Shown: positions 9,101-19,021 of the stretch, one piece after another
Layout: each line of letters starts with the position of its first letter
Position numbering within the stretch: position 1 is the first letter of the stretch
Source: Nibricoccus sp.
GTDB taxonomy: Bacteria; Verrucomicrobiota; Verrucomicrobiia; Opitutales; Opitutaceae
Length of the DNA: 64,000 bases
Assembly: GCA_047602425.1 (NCBI GenBank)
Contig: JASGHG010000001.1
Span: 2,016,001-2,080,000, forward strand
Reading direction: 5' to 3'
Made by a program: the position numbers and the translations under genes
The notes under the pieces: model-generated
Databases searched by the model: none
Told to the model about the DNA's origin: nothing
The model's input: the letters and a program-made list of their open reading frames with translations, nothing else

Positions 9101-10867
9101 TCACTCTTTCGATTTTTTCGGGCGACGCGGACTGCGTGGGCGGGACGACTTCTTCGCCTTGGCAGGCTTGGACTCGTCATCGCCTTCGTCGGAAGCTTCC
9201 GTCTCGGGCTCGGTTTCTTCGATTGGCTGATCGCTGGCGGCCGCTTCCGCGGCGACGGCTTCGGTCGGACGCGATTCGGTGGCAACGCCGTCGACTTCGG
9301 CATCCGAAACCGGGAGATGATCGGCCGGCTTCATCGGCGCGTTCGACTCGTCGCTCGATACAGGGCCAGCGTTCGTGACGGCTTCGGTTGAAATCGGGTC
9401 GGGACCGGCTGGTTCGGCTTTGGAAAGTTCGCCGGTGGCGACAGCCTCGGAAACAGCCGCCACGACAACCTCGGGTGCAGGACCGTTGGTTGGAATGGCC
9501 GGCATGGTGACTTCCCCGGTCGGAGTGGCCACCTCGGTGGCGGCCAGGGTTTCGCCCGCGGCCTGCGGAGCGGTTTCCACCGCCTCGGCGGACTTGCGCT
9601 CGTTGTCGCGTTTTTCGCGACCGTTGATCCAGATGCCGCCGCGGCTGTCCTTGTTGATCCAGTAAACCGCTTTGCCGATTTCGACGTAGACCGGTTTGTC
9701 GGCAGGGTTGGCGGGGACATGGAGATTGAGCGCGGCGAGACCGGCGACGAGGTCGGCTTCGGAGGCCTTCAACGCGCGGGCCAGGAAGGAAACGCTGCCG
9801 GAATGTCCGGGGCCACGGCGATTGCGGCGCATGAGCGGATGAAGCTTTTCAAGCAGCGCTTGGCCGGTTGGAAGTGGTTCGGCCGGACCGGAGGGAGCCG
9901 CCTCGGTGGCCGGTGTGCCTTCGGTGGAAGCTCCTTCAACCGCGCCGTCACCACCGGCCGCGTTTGCGGCGTTCGCTGCTGCGGCAGCCTGGGCTTGTTC
10001 GCGGGCGGCGGCACGAGCTGCTGCGGCGGCGGCCTGGGCAGCCTGACGTTCGGCGCGTTCGGCGTTGCGCTTTTCGATCTCGGCTTTTTCGGCGGCGCGT
10101 TCCGCCACGAGTTCGGCGGCGGCAGGATCGTTGGGATCGAGCTTTGTCACCGGGGCGACGCGGAAGGTCGGACGTGGTTTCTCGCGAGTGTTTAGGAAAA
10201 GCTGATTGCGGTTGTTGCGGTTGACCCAATAAAGGTCGCCCTCGAATTCGAAATAATCGGGATCGGCCTCCTCGGTCTCGGGCACGGTGAAACCGCATTC
10301 CTTGAGCGCGCCAACGATGTCGGTCTCTTTTTGATCCCAGCGTTTGGCGAGGTAATCGATGGCGACGGACATTCCCGGTCCGCGTTGGTTGCGGCGCAGG
10401 TGGGGCTTGATGGCCTCGAAAAGCGTGGGAAGTTCATCTTCCTGCTCGACCCATTTGTCCCAATCCTCCTCCTCGTCGGGCGCGTCGGGATCCTGGTCGC
10501 GCTCGGTGTCGCGGACAGTGCGAAGCTTGGTGTCTTCGACCTTGGTCTTCGGCGCTTCGGCCTCGACGAGGGCGGGCGGAAGCTCGGGTTTTTCCTCGAT
10601 GACGGGCGCGCCGGACTTTGCGACAGGCGGCGTGTCCCAAGCAGTCGGTTTCGGTGCCGTCACAATCGTGGCTTCCGGCGGCACCCAGTCGCGGGTCGTG
10701 GAGCGACGCGCAAGGCCGTTGAAAGCGAGCGAGTTGTTGGGCAGGGTTTGGAAGTTGATGATCTCCCACTCGTCTTTGCCGAGTGCGTTGAGATGTGCTT
10801 CCAGCAGCGACGGCGATGCAAAGCCGTGCGGGCCGCTGGTGATGACTTTATATTCCCAAAGGGCCAT
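9101..10867 (-). CDS. DUF4177-like N-terminal domain protein with two ~80-aa internal repeats and Ala/Glu/Pro-rich linkers
   Basis: MALWEYKVI...LNALGKDEWEII (DUF4177-like); repeat pattern L..I.P.LRRN.RGPG.S....LA......E.D....L.....VP...........YW.N...R....N.REK occurs twice. Confidence 0.7.
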   Translation of the reverse strand: MALWEYKVITSGPHGFASPSLLEAHLNALGKDEWEIINFQTLPNNSLAFNGLARRSTTRDWVPPEATIVTAPKPTAWDTPPVAKSGAPVIEEKPELPPALVEAEAPKTKVEDTKLRTVRDTERDQDPDAPDEEEDWDKWVEQEDELPTLFEAIKPHLRRNQRGPGMSVAIDYLAKRWDQKETDIVGALKECGFTVPETEEADPDYFEFEGDLYWVNRNNRNQLFLNTREKPRPTFRVAPVTKLDPNDPAAAELVAERAAEKAEIEKRNAERAERQAAQAAAAAARAAAREQAQAAAAANAANAAGGDGAVEGASTEGTPATEAAPSGPAEPLPTGQALLEKLHPLMRRNRRGPGHSGSVSFLARALKASEADLVAGLAALNLHVPANPADKPVYVEIGKAVYWINKDSRGGIWINGREKRDNERKSAEAVETAPQAAGETLAATEVATPTGEVTMPAIPTNGPAPEVVVAAVSEAVATGELSKAEPAGPDPISTEAVTNAGPVSSDESNAPMKPADHLPVSDAEVDGVATESRPTEAVAAEAAASDQPIEETEPETEASDEGDDESKPAKAKKSSRPRSPRRPKKSKE

Positions 10868-10970
10868 AATCGTTGTTTTTCGGGTCGGGGGCAACGCATC
10901 CCAAATCCCGGGGCTGTTGCCGAGCCTAATCTCACATAGAGCTGCATTTAGCAGCTGTTTCAACCAATAC

Positions 10971-12587
10971 CTATCGCCGGACTCTCAAAAGGAACGACCA
11001 GTCGTCCTTGAGGTTCTGGGTTTTGATCAAAAGGGTGTTTTGGCCAGCCGCCAGCTGGATCGGAATGAGATCCTGGTCGACTTGGAAACTCCGCTGCCAC
11101 CAACGATCGAGCACCAAGTTGCCGTTCACCCAAACCTTCAAGCCATCCGTGCAGGCAAGTCCGAGGTAGGCCGGACCCGCGTTGGGCATTTCAAATTCCG
11201 TCCAGGCATAACCCACGCTGCTGTCGGCGGGTGTTTTGCCCAGCAGATCCACATAACCTTCCTTGGCCTCGCAACGTTCCCACGTGTAGTTTTTCCCGTC
11301 GACCAGCGCGGTTTTGCCGTTGAGAGGAGCAAGACTGGCCACGCCTTCCTTCGCAAAAAAGTCCGTGCCATACGCACTCGTCGAAGCGGCGCCTCCACCC
11401 GAAAACGCTTCGGCCGGAACCGGGATCGGTCGGAGTACCAACCAGCTCGGGATCGCCACTTCCTTGCGCCCCGAGAGTAGAATCCAGTCGCGATCCGCCT
11501 CCATCGCCTGTTTTTCCTCCGGAACCGTATAAGAAAACTCGTACGACGCGGCCACCGGCTTGCCTTGGTCGATCGCGGGTACGAAGACGAAGCTGGTCTT
11601 GAACGCCTTTTCCAAAGCCGCCGCGAAGGATGGCTTGATGGCGTCCTTGTTCGCGATGACCGCCGAAGTGACATTGCCCTGCGCATCGATTTCCAGTTTG
11701 GCGCTAAGCTGATTGATCTGGTTTTTGCGCAGAACAGATGCACGCAAGGGATTGCCGACCAGCAGTGGAGGCGCGGAGCTCGTCGCGTACTGAACCGGAC
11801 GCGTGTTCGCCAGATAGTAGGCGCGGTCTTTCCAGAAAAAAGAATTAGCTTCGTCACCCGCCGCCATGGTCATGCAAAGTTCGTCGATAAATTTTTTCGT
11901 GCCCTCGATGGAATCGACTTCATTGACCGCCAGCGGAATGCCCTCACGCGTAACCAAAACCATACAAGTCCCCTGCTCCGGCGCGAACTGGCGATACACT
12001 TCTATTCCGTCGCGCGATTCGTAGTCCGCCACCAGCCACGGAATGCGCGCGCCTTTGGCAAAACCGAGATCACCCTTCGCGTCCTGCCGAACACCGAGGT
12101 AGATCGCTTCCATTTCGTTGTCATAGAGTCGACGCAAACGCTCATAGGTGCCGCGAAAACGCTCGGGCACTTTGTAGGCATTGCCTTCCCACGAGGAGGC
12201 AAACAGCAGCACATACAACTCCGGCTCCGGCTTGCCTTTGAAGTCGGCCGCTACCAGCGCGTCGTTTTTTAAAACGCGCACACGGTCGGGCAGGTCAAAA
12301 GTCACCGAGGATTTCCCCTTGGACCAATCCGCCGCCCTTTGGTACTTGCCACTGGTTTCCTTGTAGAAACGCACGCAATCCTCGGGAGTCAACGTGCGGA
12401 AGAGCACACGCCGGCCTTTGCCGGAACCGGTTTTGAAAAGTGCAAAAGGCCCGTAGGTTCCCTTCGGCTCGCCTTTAAATGTGACACCCTGCGTGTCCGT
12501 CCAATTGGAACTGGCGGCAAACAACATTGACGACGAAACGACCAGAAGGACGCCGAACCGAAGACAAAGGGGTAATATCGATTTCAT
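10971..12587 (-). CDS. Secreted multidomain protein (SHD1-like, Cys-less thioredoxin-like, TonB-C-like, PA14-like)
   Basis: Signal peptide MKSILPLC...; WTDTQGVTFKG; LFASSW/IPWLV; IDAQGNV...FVPAIDQGKPV; GYAW...DGLKVWVNG...L.AG.N.LLIK. Confidence 0.6.
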   Translation of the reverse strand: MKSILPLCLRFGVLLVVSSSMLFAASSNWTDTQGVTFKGEPKGTYGPFALFKTGSGKGRRVLFRTLTPEDCVRFYKETSGKYQRAADWSKGKSSVTFDLPDRVRVLKNDALVAADFKGKPEPELYVLLFASSWEGNAYKVPERFRGTYERLRRLYDNEMEAIYLGVRQDAKGDLGFAKGARIPWLVADYESRDGIEVYRQFAPEQGTCMVLVTREGIPLAVNEVDSIEGTKKFIDELCMTMAAGDEANSFFWKDRAYYLANTRPVQYATSSAPPLLVGNPLRASVLRKNQINQLSAKLEIDAQGNVTSAVIANKDAIKPSFAAALEKAFKTSFVFVPAIDQGKPVAASYEFSYTVPEEKQAMEADRDWILLSGRKEVAIPSWLVLRPIPVPAEAFSGGGAASTSAYGTDFFAKEGVASLAPLNGKTALVDGKNYTWERCEAKEGYVDLLGKTPADSSVGYAWTEFEMPNAGPAYLGLACTDGLKVWVNGNLVLDRWWQRSFQVDQDLIPIQLAAGQNTLLIKTQNLKDDWSFLLRVRR

Positions 12588-13247
12588 GTGGGGGTAAAAG
12601 GATTCAACCAGCAAACCGCCTGATTATTCCGGCGGCGGGTGGTTGGGTTGACTGTTTTTCCAGGCTAACTTTGGACTCGCCTCCCGATTTTGCGAGAGGA
12701 GACAAGCCAGACCTGATCCAAGAACATCGCGCCCGTTGCCAGCCAAAAAACCCAATCCGGCAAACGTTCTCAAAAGCCCGATGCTCGTTCACAGCCGACA
12801 ATGAAATCTTCGTCCTCGAAAGCTCCTTTTCATGCCGGATGCGTTGAGTGCTGCCATCAACCCGGCGAGCAAAGGAGGGGCCAGGCCCTTGTGGGGAAAT
12901 CCCTCCAAGCTCGCGATTGCCGCGCAAGGCAATCAATATACCCGCAATTCGGCACTCCCGGCCCCCCTACGGTCGCTATTAGCCATTTTCCCTGAGCCAT
13001 AAGCCAAACTATATGAAGCAAGAGATTCCTCAGCTTTCTCCCTGCGTTATGGTTATCCTTTCGAAAGCATACGTTTACCCCCGGCCCTCTGGAACCAATC
13101 GCAAGGCTCCGCCTGCAATCCCCAGAACAACGTGGCTCAACCTATCCGACCATCCAAAACAAAACCATTGAATTGCACAACGGTTGCGAGCTAGATTGTC
13201 GGCAAGGGACACCGGTTGGCGGTTTTCCAGCTTTCTAGCTTCACAAT

Positions 13248-16200
13248 ATGCATCACGTCAAATTCCTTGGCAGGCGGCTTCGTCTGCTCTCGGGTCTGTT
13301 CACGGCTTTGTTCTGCCTCGTCAACGCTCATGGAGCGCCGACCTTTCACGTCAACACCACCCAACTAGACCTCGCCATTCCTGCCGGCGTGAATCATCTG
13401 CCGTTAAACGTCCCGGTAGTGGCTGGTTCAACAAGCCTTGATCTCACCAATGTCACGGTGGCCTCTGACGCGAGTTGGGTCACACCCGCGATTGACAAGA
13501 CGAACAACGTTATAGCGCTAACTTTTTCCACCACCGCCCTGATCGCGGCCAGCAACACCGCCACCATCACCGTAAGCGATGGAACGAACAGCGAACAGTT
13601 TTTCGTCAAGGTAGGCGTCGCCATCTTAAACATCGTCGGATTGGTCGACGATCCCGTGCGCTCGCGCACCTACGCGATCCACCAAAATGCACTTAATCTC
13701 GGCGCGGTCGTGATCTTCAATCCCATCAGCGGCACCTCAGTCGGCTGCATCACCGTGGGTAAAAAACCCACCGATCTGGCGATTAAGCCCGACGGCAGCG
13801 AGTTGCTTGTCATTTGCAGCGTCAGCCAGAACATAACCGCAATCAATCTCCAGACCCAAAAGGCGGGCGAGATCATTGCGCTTCCCGCCTATGTGGATTG
13901 GGGGCAGAACGATACTTCGGCGAATGTGGAATATGGACCCAACAACATCATTTATTATACCGATGGTTCCTGGGCGCCGATGTTGAAAGTGCTGAACCGG
14001 CAGACAGGAACCGTGCTGCAAAGTCTCACTCTGAATTCGGATGGTTACGGCTTTGGCGATATCGTCGTCTCGCCTGACAAGCAGTCCCTGTATGGCTGGG
14101 CTCAATATGGCTGGAGTGCAGGTATGGCAGGCTCCTCCGGTCGCAAATTCTCCATTAACAGCGACGGTACCGTCACAGCGGGGAATGCCACTCAAGTCGC
14201 CAGCTATCCCAACGGTATGTTACGAGATCCGATGGACACGCCGGCCCTCATGTCCCGCGACGGTTCCTTGGTGTTTCTCAAGCAATTCGTTTTCGATCCA
14301 GCTTCCTTCGGCAACTCGCTCAAGGCTTTCCCAACCCCGGTCTACGCAATTAGCCCCAACGGCGAAATCGTCTCTACCAGCACGGCGCTCTATGAATATT
14401 CAACCGGAAACAAACTCTATACCCTACCGTCCACGGCGACCGTCCAGACTTACACGTCGGATTACTCACGGCTGGTTTATTTCGACGCCACTGCCAAACA
14501 GCTCAAAACAGTCAACCTGCTCGACACGATCGGCGCGGAAAAACTCGGCCTCCAAATCACGCCGGCAAACGGCGCCATCGTGCAGATCCCCACCAAGCTT
14601 CAGTGGACCACGGTGGCGGGCGTCGACTCGTATAACGTGTATTTTGGCACCTCGGCTTCCGCTGTAACCTCGGCCACCACAGCCTCGGCGGAATATTTGG
14701 GCCAGACCAATGGCAATTTTATCAACCTCACTGGAGCCCTCACACCGGGTACCACCTACTATTGGCGTGTCGATGCAGTGAACGGCACTGACATCGCTCC
14801 TGGCGCGGTCAACTCCTTCACTGTCGCACTCATCGCCTCATCGCTATCGTCAATCAACGCGACCACGGTGTCGGCCCACGATTGTTATCAGGTTTCGCTT
14901 TCCCTGACGTCAGCCGTGCCCGGCATCGCCTGGACCGCATCTTCTGCGAACCCCTGGATCACAGTCAGCAGCGGCAGCGGCACGACACCCGCGACCCTAC
15001 AAGTGACCCTCAACGCCACCAGCCTCGCCGCCGGCCTCAACCAAGGCTCCGTCTCCATCTCGGTCAATGGAGGAGCCTTCAGCATACCGGTCAAACTCCA
15101 AGTCGACCCGCTCGCGCTCACCGTGATCCGCTCCGACCCCGGCTCGACCAAGCTCTACGCCATCAGCGAAGCCATCGATACGGGCGGCGGGACCTCTCGC
15201 GCATATCTGCTGGAAATCGACAGCCTGCTCAAGAAGGCCACGCGCGTCGTGCCAGTCGGCACGTCGGCGACTGACCTCGCCATCCATCATGGTGACAATC
15301 GGATCTACGTTCCCAATTGGAAGCCTGGCGGTCTGCTTGCAGTCAACCTAACTACTTTTTTGGTGGAAAAGACCTTTGCAACTCCTCCATTTGGCGGAGT
15401 CGGCTCCAGTACCAGTGATGTCTATCGCGTTTCACCCGGCGCTTCGGGTCGGCTCATCGTCGAATCGGAAGATCAATGGATCACCGTCGCCCTTTTCAAC
15501 ACGACCACCGGCACCTCCGTTAAAGCAAATGGTAGCCACTACCGAGGAGGAGGCGCTTCGGATCCCACGGGACGCTACTACTACCGATACGGATCCATTA
15601 GTTTGGCCTCACTGGAAAAATTCGACCTCGCCGGAGACGCGTTGACCATACTGCAAACAGCCGTTCAACCCAGCAGCGGCGCCTATGGACCACGCGGTTT
15701 GATCATTTCCGAAAACGGCTCACGCATAATCTCCAACGGCGCCGTTCTGGACACCAACTTTGGCGCCATTTGGATGATCGGCGACCCGATATACTCCACC
15801 TCAGCCGATGGGCGTTATGCATTCGGCGAAACAAAGATTTACGACACCCAGACGAAACAGACCCTTGGTACAATGCCGGTCTCGACCAAAATGAGCGCGT
15901 TCAACTCTGCGACAAACCGCTTAGTTGTTCAAAACGGCGCGGCGTTGGCATTTTATTCACCTTTGGGAATAGGTCTACTGGGGGCAAATATCACCCCTAA
16001 AGATGGCGCAATTGTCGTACCCCCCACACTGGTGCAGTGGACTGCGGTGCCGGGCGTAACGTCCTATCAGGTGTACCTCGGAGATTCACCGGACACTGTC
16101 GCCCGAGCAACAGCCAGCTCTTCTGAATATCTCGGCGAGGTTACCGCGCCTTCAAAGACCCTACCGCCCACCTTGGTCTCAGGCAAAACCTACTACTGGA

Positions 16201-18872
16201 GAGTTGACCTGCTGATCAACGGCGTCGCCGTCGCGACCCAGATACAAAGCTTCACCACAGCCAACATCGCTCCAGACACGACCGAGCTCTCGGGATCCAC
16301 CGTGCAAGGGCACGCCAGCTACGAGCTATCCACCGCTCTCAGCTCGGCCACGGCTGGTCTTGCCTGGACGGCCAGTTCGAACGATCCGTGGATCAGTTTC
16401 GTCAGCACAAGCGGCACCACCCCTGCCACGTTAAAGGTCAAGGTCGATACCACGAACCTTCCAGTTGGTCTAAAGCAAGGTACCGTAACGGTGACTGGTG
16501 GCGGCGCGAGTTTCACTCTCCCGGTTAAGCTGCAAATCGACGCCCTCACCTTGACCGTGATGCGTTCCGACCCTTCATCGGCTAAGGTTTATGCCGTCAG
16601 CGAAGCAACCGTCACCACCGGAAGCGCGCCGGCCTACCTGCTGGAAATCGACTGTGCCCAGCAAAAAATCGCCCGCGTAGTCCCAGTCGGAACGTCCGTG
16701 ACCGACCTGGCCATTCACCACGGGGACAACCGCGTCTACGTGCCCAATTGGAAACCGGGTGGCCTCCTCGGGATAAACCTAGACACCTTCCAGGTGGAAA
16801 AGACGTTCGCGACGCCACCCTTCGGCGGCGTTGGTTATGGCACAGGCGACGTATATCGCGTTTCTGCCGGTGCCGCCGGTCGCCTCATCTTTGAGGAAGC
16901 AGACCAATGGATCGATGTGTCGCTTTTCAATACTAATACAGGTGCCACGATCACCAAGGCAACGGGATCCTTCTATGCTGGCACAGCCGGCACCTCTGAT
17001 CCGACGGGGCGCTACTATTATCGATACAGCTTAACAAGCCAGAATCCCCTGGTGAAATTTGACCTCGCCGGCGATGTCTTTACGCAAGTGGGCACAGCCA
17101 CCATGCCAAGCGGCAGCGCATCGGGCTCGCGTGGTTTCATACTTTCAGAAAACGCCAACTGTCTTTTCTTCAGCGGCATTATTATGGACAGCAACTTCAA
17201 TCTGATCTGGGCGATGGGCGATCCGATCTACTGCGCCAGCGCAGACGGCAAATACGCCTTCGGCGAAACAAAGATATACGATACCACTCAAAAGGTCCAA
17301 ATTCTCAGCATGCCGCTGAGCACCAAGATCAGCGCTTACAATTCAACCACCCAGAAACTCGTGGTGCAAAATGGCACCAAATTGCTCTTCAGTCCGATTG
17401 GCAGCAGCATCACCTTCACCGCACCGGTCTTAAGCTTCCAGAGCGCCACAACGACATCGATCACCGTCAACTGGACGGACAATAATCTCGAAGTCGGCTT
17501 CACCCTGCAAATGCGCAAGCAAGGCACAACCGACTGGACCGATGTCACACCAGCCATCACCGCCAACACGACCACCAAGATGGTCACGGGGCTCACCAAC
17601 ACCACCACTTACGAATTCCGCGTCAAGGCCGACAGCCCTGCCGCAAGTTCCCCGTGGAGCAACGTTCTCACGGCCATGACCGAAGCCGTCTATACCGGCG
17701 CACAGACCAGAAATGTGACAGACGTAGCCACCTTAACTACTGCAATGAACCAGGCAGCCAATAATCCCTCGGCCACCTTCACCATCAATCTCGCCGCCGG
17801 CACTTACACGCTGGGAACGACTCCTCTGCCGAACATCTCCAGTGCAAACACCACAATTAAAGGCCCGACCACCGGCGATGCCGAGATCGACGGAAGCCTA
17901 GTTTCCACCGGTGTGATCTTCAACATCACCGGCAGCAACGCCTATATCGAAGGCATTGACTTCCTGAATGCATCGAAGCACGCCATAACCATCCAGTGGA
18001 GCGCGAGCAATGGCTTCATCGTTGATTGCGGCTTCTATAGTGCAACCAACACCGCTGCGATCTATGGAACCGGATGCACCGGTTGGTCCATCTATGGCAA
18101 TATTGTCGAAGGAATCGCCGGCACCACGGCAACCGCCGAACCGGCCATATATTTCTTCTCGTCGATTTATAACCTGGAGATTGGTTATAACCTGATACTG
18201 GATTGCGACCGCGGCATTGGCATCGGCACCAGTTCCTACGACTACAACTACAGCACATGGATATACAATAATATGATTTCCGATTCCCGCAGCTCCGGAA
18301 CCTACCCCGGCCCGGGCATCACCACTAATTACGTCAGTTCCGGAGGCGTTTACCACAACTCCGTCTTTCAACTCGGCAACAACACCAACGGCATCGAGTA
18401 CGTCTCCAGCAGTGCCGCGATCGAAAATAACCTAACCAACAAACCTATCAAAGGCACAAACAGCACGTCTGCGGTTGTCAAAACCAACAATAGCTCAGCC
18501 GTGGCCTCGTGGTTCAAAGACCCTGCCTACTGCGATCTGCGCCTGACTTCAGCCATTAGTGGCGTGGTCGATGCGGGAACCACCATACCAGAGATAACCT
18601 ATGACATTGAAGGCAACAGTCGGCCCACCGGCAGCGGTTACGATATTGGCGCGGACGAGTATGTGCCTACGTCGTCAAGTTCTTCCTCATCCGGCTCCTC
18701 CAGCAGTTCCGGTTCGTCGTCAAGCTCCTCTTCGTCGAGCAGCAGCGGCTCATCGAGCGGCCCAGCCCCATCCTCAGGCGGAGGTGGCGGCGGCGCCCCG
18801 AGCCTTTTGTATTTTACGGCTCTGCTGCTTCTAGCGTTGACCCGCAACGCAAATCGCAAGGTACGTCACTAA
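13248..18872 (+). CDS. 1874-aa surface protein: three (BACON/Ig - YncE-like beta-propeller - FN3-like) modules, right-handed beta-helix, Ser linker, GlyGly-CTERM-like anchor
   Basis: Signal peptide; repeated W.ASS..PWI...SGTTPATL.V and L.PG.TYYWRVD; TYEFRVKA FN3; DI.GN.RP.GSGYDIGADEY; SSSS..GGGGGAPSLLYFTALLLLALTR..RK.RH. Confidence 0.85.
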   Translation: MHHVKFLGRRLRLLSGLFTALFCLVNAHGAPTFHVNTTQLDLAIPAGVNHLPLNVPVVAGSTSLDLTNVTVASDASWVTPAIDKTNNVIALTFSTTALIAASNTATITVSDGTNSEQFFVKVGVAILNIVGLVDDPVRSRTYAIHQNALNLGAVVIFNPISGTSVGCITVGKKPTDLAIKPDGSELLVICSVSQNITAINLQTQKAGEIIALPAYVDWGQNDTSANVEYGPNNIIYYTDGSWAPMLKVLNRQTGTVLQSLTLNSDGYGFGDIVVSPDKQSLYGWAQYGWSAGMAGSSGRKFSINSDGTVTAGNATQVASYPNGMLRDPMDTPALMSRDGSLVFLKQFVFDPASFGNSLKAFPTPVYAISPNGEIVSTSTALYEYSTGNKLYTLPSTATVQTYTSDYSRLVYFDATAKQLKTVNLLDTIGAEKLGLQITPANGAIVQIPTKLQWTTVAGVDSYNVYFGTSASAVTSATTASAEYLGQTNGNFINLTGALTPGTTYYWRVDAVNGTDIAPGAVNSFTVALIASSLSSINATTVSAHDCYQVSLSLTSAVPGIAWTASSANPWITVSSGSGTTPATLQVTLNATSLAAGLNQGSVSISVNGGAFSIPVKLQVDPLALTVIRSDPGSTKLYAISEAIDTGGGTSRAYLLEIDSLLKKATRVVPVGTSATDLAIHHGDNRIYVPNWKPGGLLAVNLTTFLVEKTFATPPFGGVGSSTSDVYRVSPGASGRLIVESEDQWITVALFNTTTGTSVKANGSHYRGGGASDPTGRYYYRYGSISLASLEKFDLAGDALTILQTAVQPSSGAYGPRGLIISENGSRIISNGAVLDTNFGAIWMIGDPIYSTSADGRYAFGETKIYDTQTKQTLGTMPVSTKMSAFNSATNRLVVQNGAALAFYSPLGIGLLGANITPKDGAIVVPPTLVQWTAVPGVTSYQVYLGDSPDTVARATASSSEYLGEVTAPSKTLPPTLVSGKTYYWRVDLLINGVAVATQIQSFTTANIAPDTTELSGSTVQGHASYELSTALSSATAGLAWTASSNDPWISFVSTSGTTPATLKVKVDTTNLPVGLKQGTVTVTGGGASFTLPVKLQIDALTLTVMRSDPSSAKVYAVSEATVTTGSAPAYLLEIDCAQQKIARVVPVGTSVTDLAIHHGDNRVYVPNWKPGGLLGINLDTFQVEKTFATPPFGGVGYGTGDVYRVSAGAAGRLIFEEADQWIDVSLFNTNTGATITKATGSFYAGTAGTSDPTGRYYYRYSLTSQNPLVKFDLAGDVFTQVGTATMPSGSASGSRGFILSENANCLFFSGIIMDSNFNLIWAMGDPIYCASADGKYAFGETKIYDTTQKVQILSMPLSTKISAYNSTTQKLVVQNGTKLLFSPIGSSITFTAPVLSFQSATTTSITVNWTDNNLEVGFTLQMRKQGTTDWTDVTPAITANTTTKMVTGLTNTTTYEFRVKADSPAASSPWSNVLTAMTEAVYTGAQTRNVTDVATLTTAMNQAANNPSATFTINLAAGTYTLGTTPLPNISSANTTIKGPTTGDAEIDGSLVSTGVIFNITGSNAYIEGIDFLNASKHAITIQWSASNGFIVDCGFYSATNTAAIYGTGCTGWSIYGNIVEGIAGTTATAEPAIYFFSSIYNLEIGYNLILDCDRGIGIGTSSYDYNYSTWIYNNMISDSRSSGTYPGPGITTNYVSSGGVYHNSVFQLGNNTNGIEYVSSSAAIENNLTNKPIKGTNSTSAVVKTNNSSAVASWFKDPAYCDLRLTSAISGVVDAGTTIPEITYDIEGNSRPTGSGYDIGADEYVPTSSSSSSSGSSSSSGSSSSSSSSSSSGSSSGPAPSSGGGGGGAPSLLYFTALLLLALTRNANRKVRH

Positions 18873-19021
18873 TACGGCTAAGGTTGGTTGGGGTCAGGAA
18901 TCCGTTCTACACAATTTCCTCGATCCCAGCCATCAGACTGTTGCGAGAAAATATAGCGCGGCCGACAATTCGGCATGCTTCTTCCTTGCGGCGGTGCCCT
19001 TCGGACGTGACCAATAGCGGC

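Noticed and set aside
12615..13247. ~630-bp divergent intergenic region examined for a riboswitch (c-di-GMP-like GGCAAAC) or a small gene
   Set aside because: The second conserved stem and motif were not found; the short ORFs lack RBS and family features
14550..17400. Long internal repeat considered as a diversity-generating retroelement template/variable pair
   Set aside because: Differences are mostly synonymous and not adenine-specific, both copies are in one reading frame, and no reverse transcriptase is present
18670..18795. Low-complexity TCx/AGC repeats resembling a tandem array
   Set aside because: Simply encodes the poly-Ser/Gly linker with mixed codons; not a CRISPR array or VNTR
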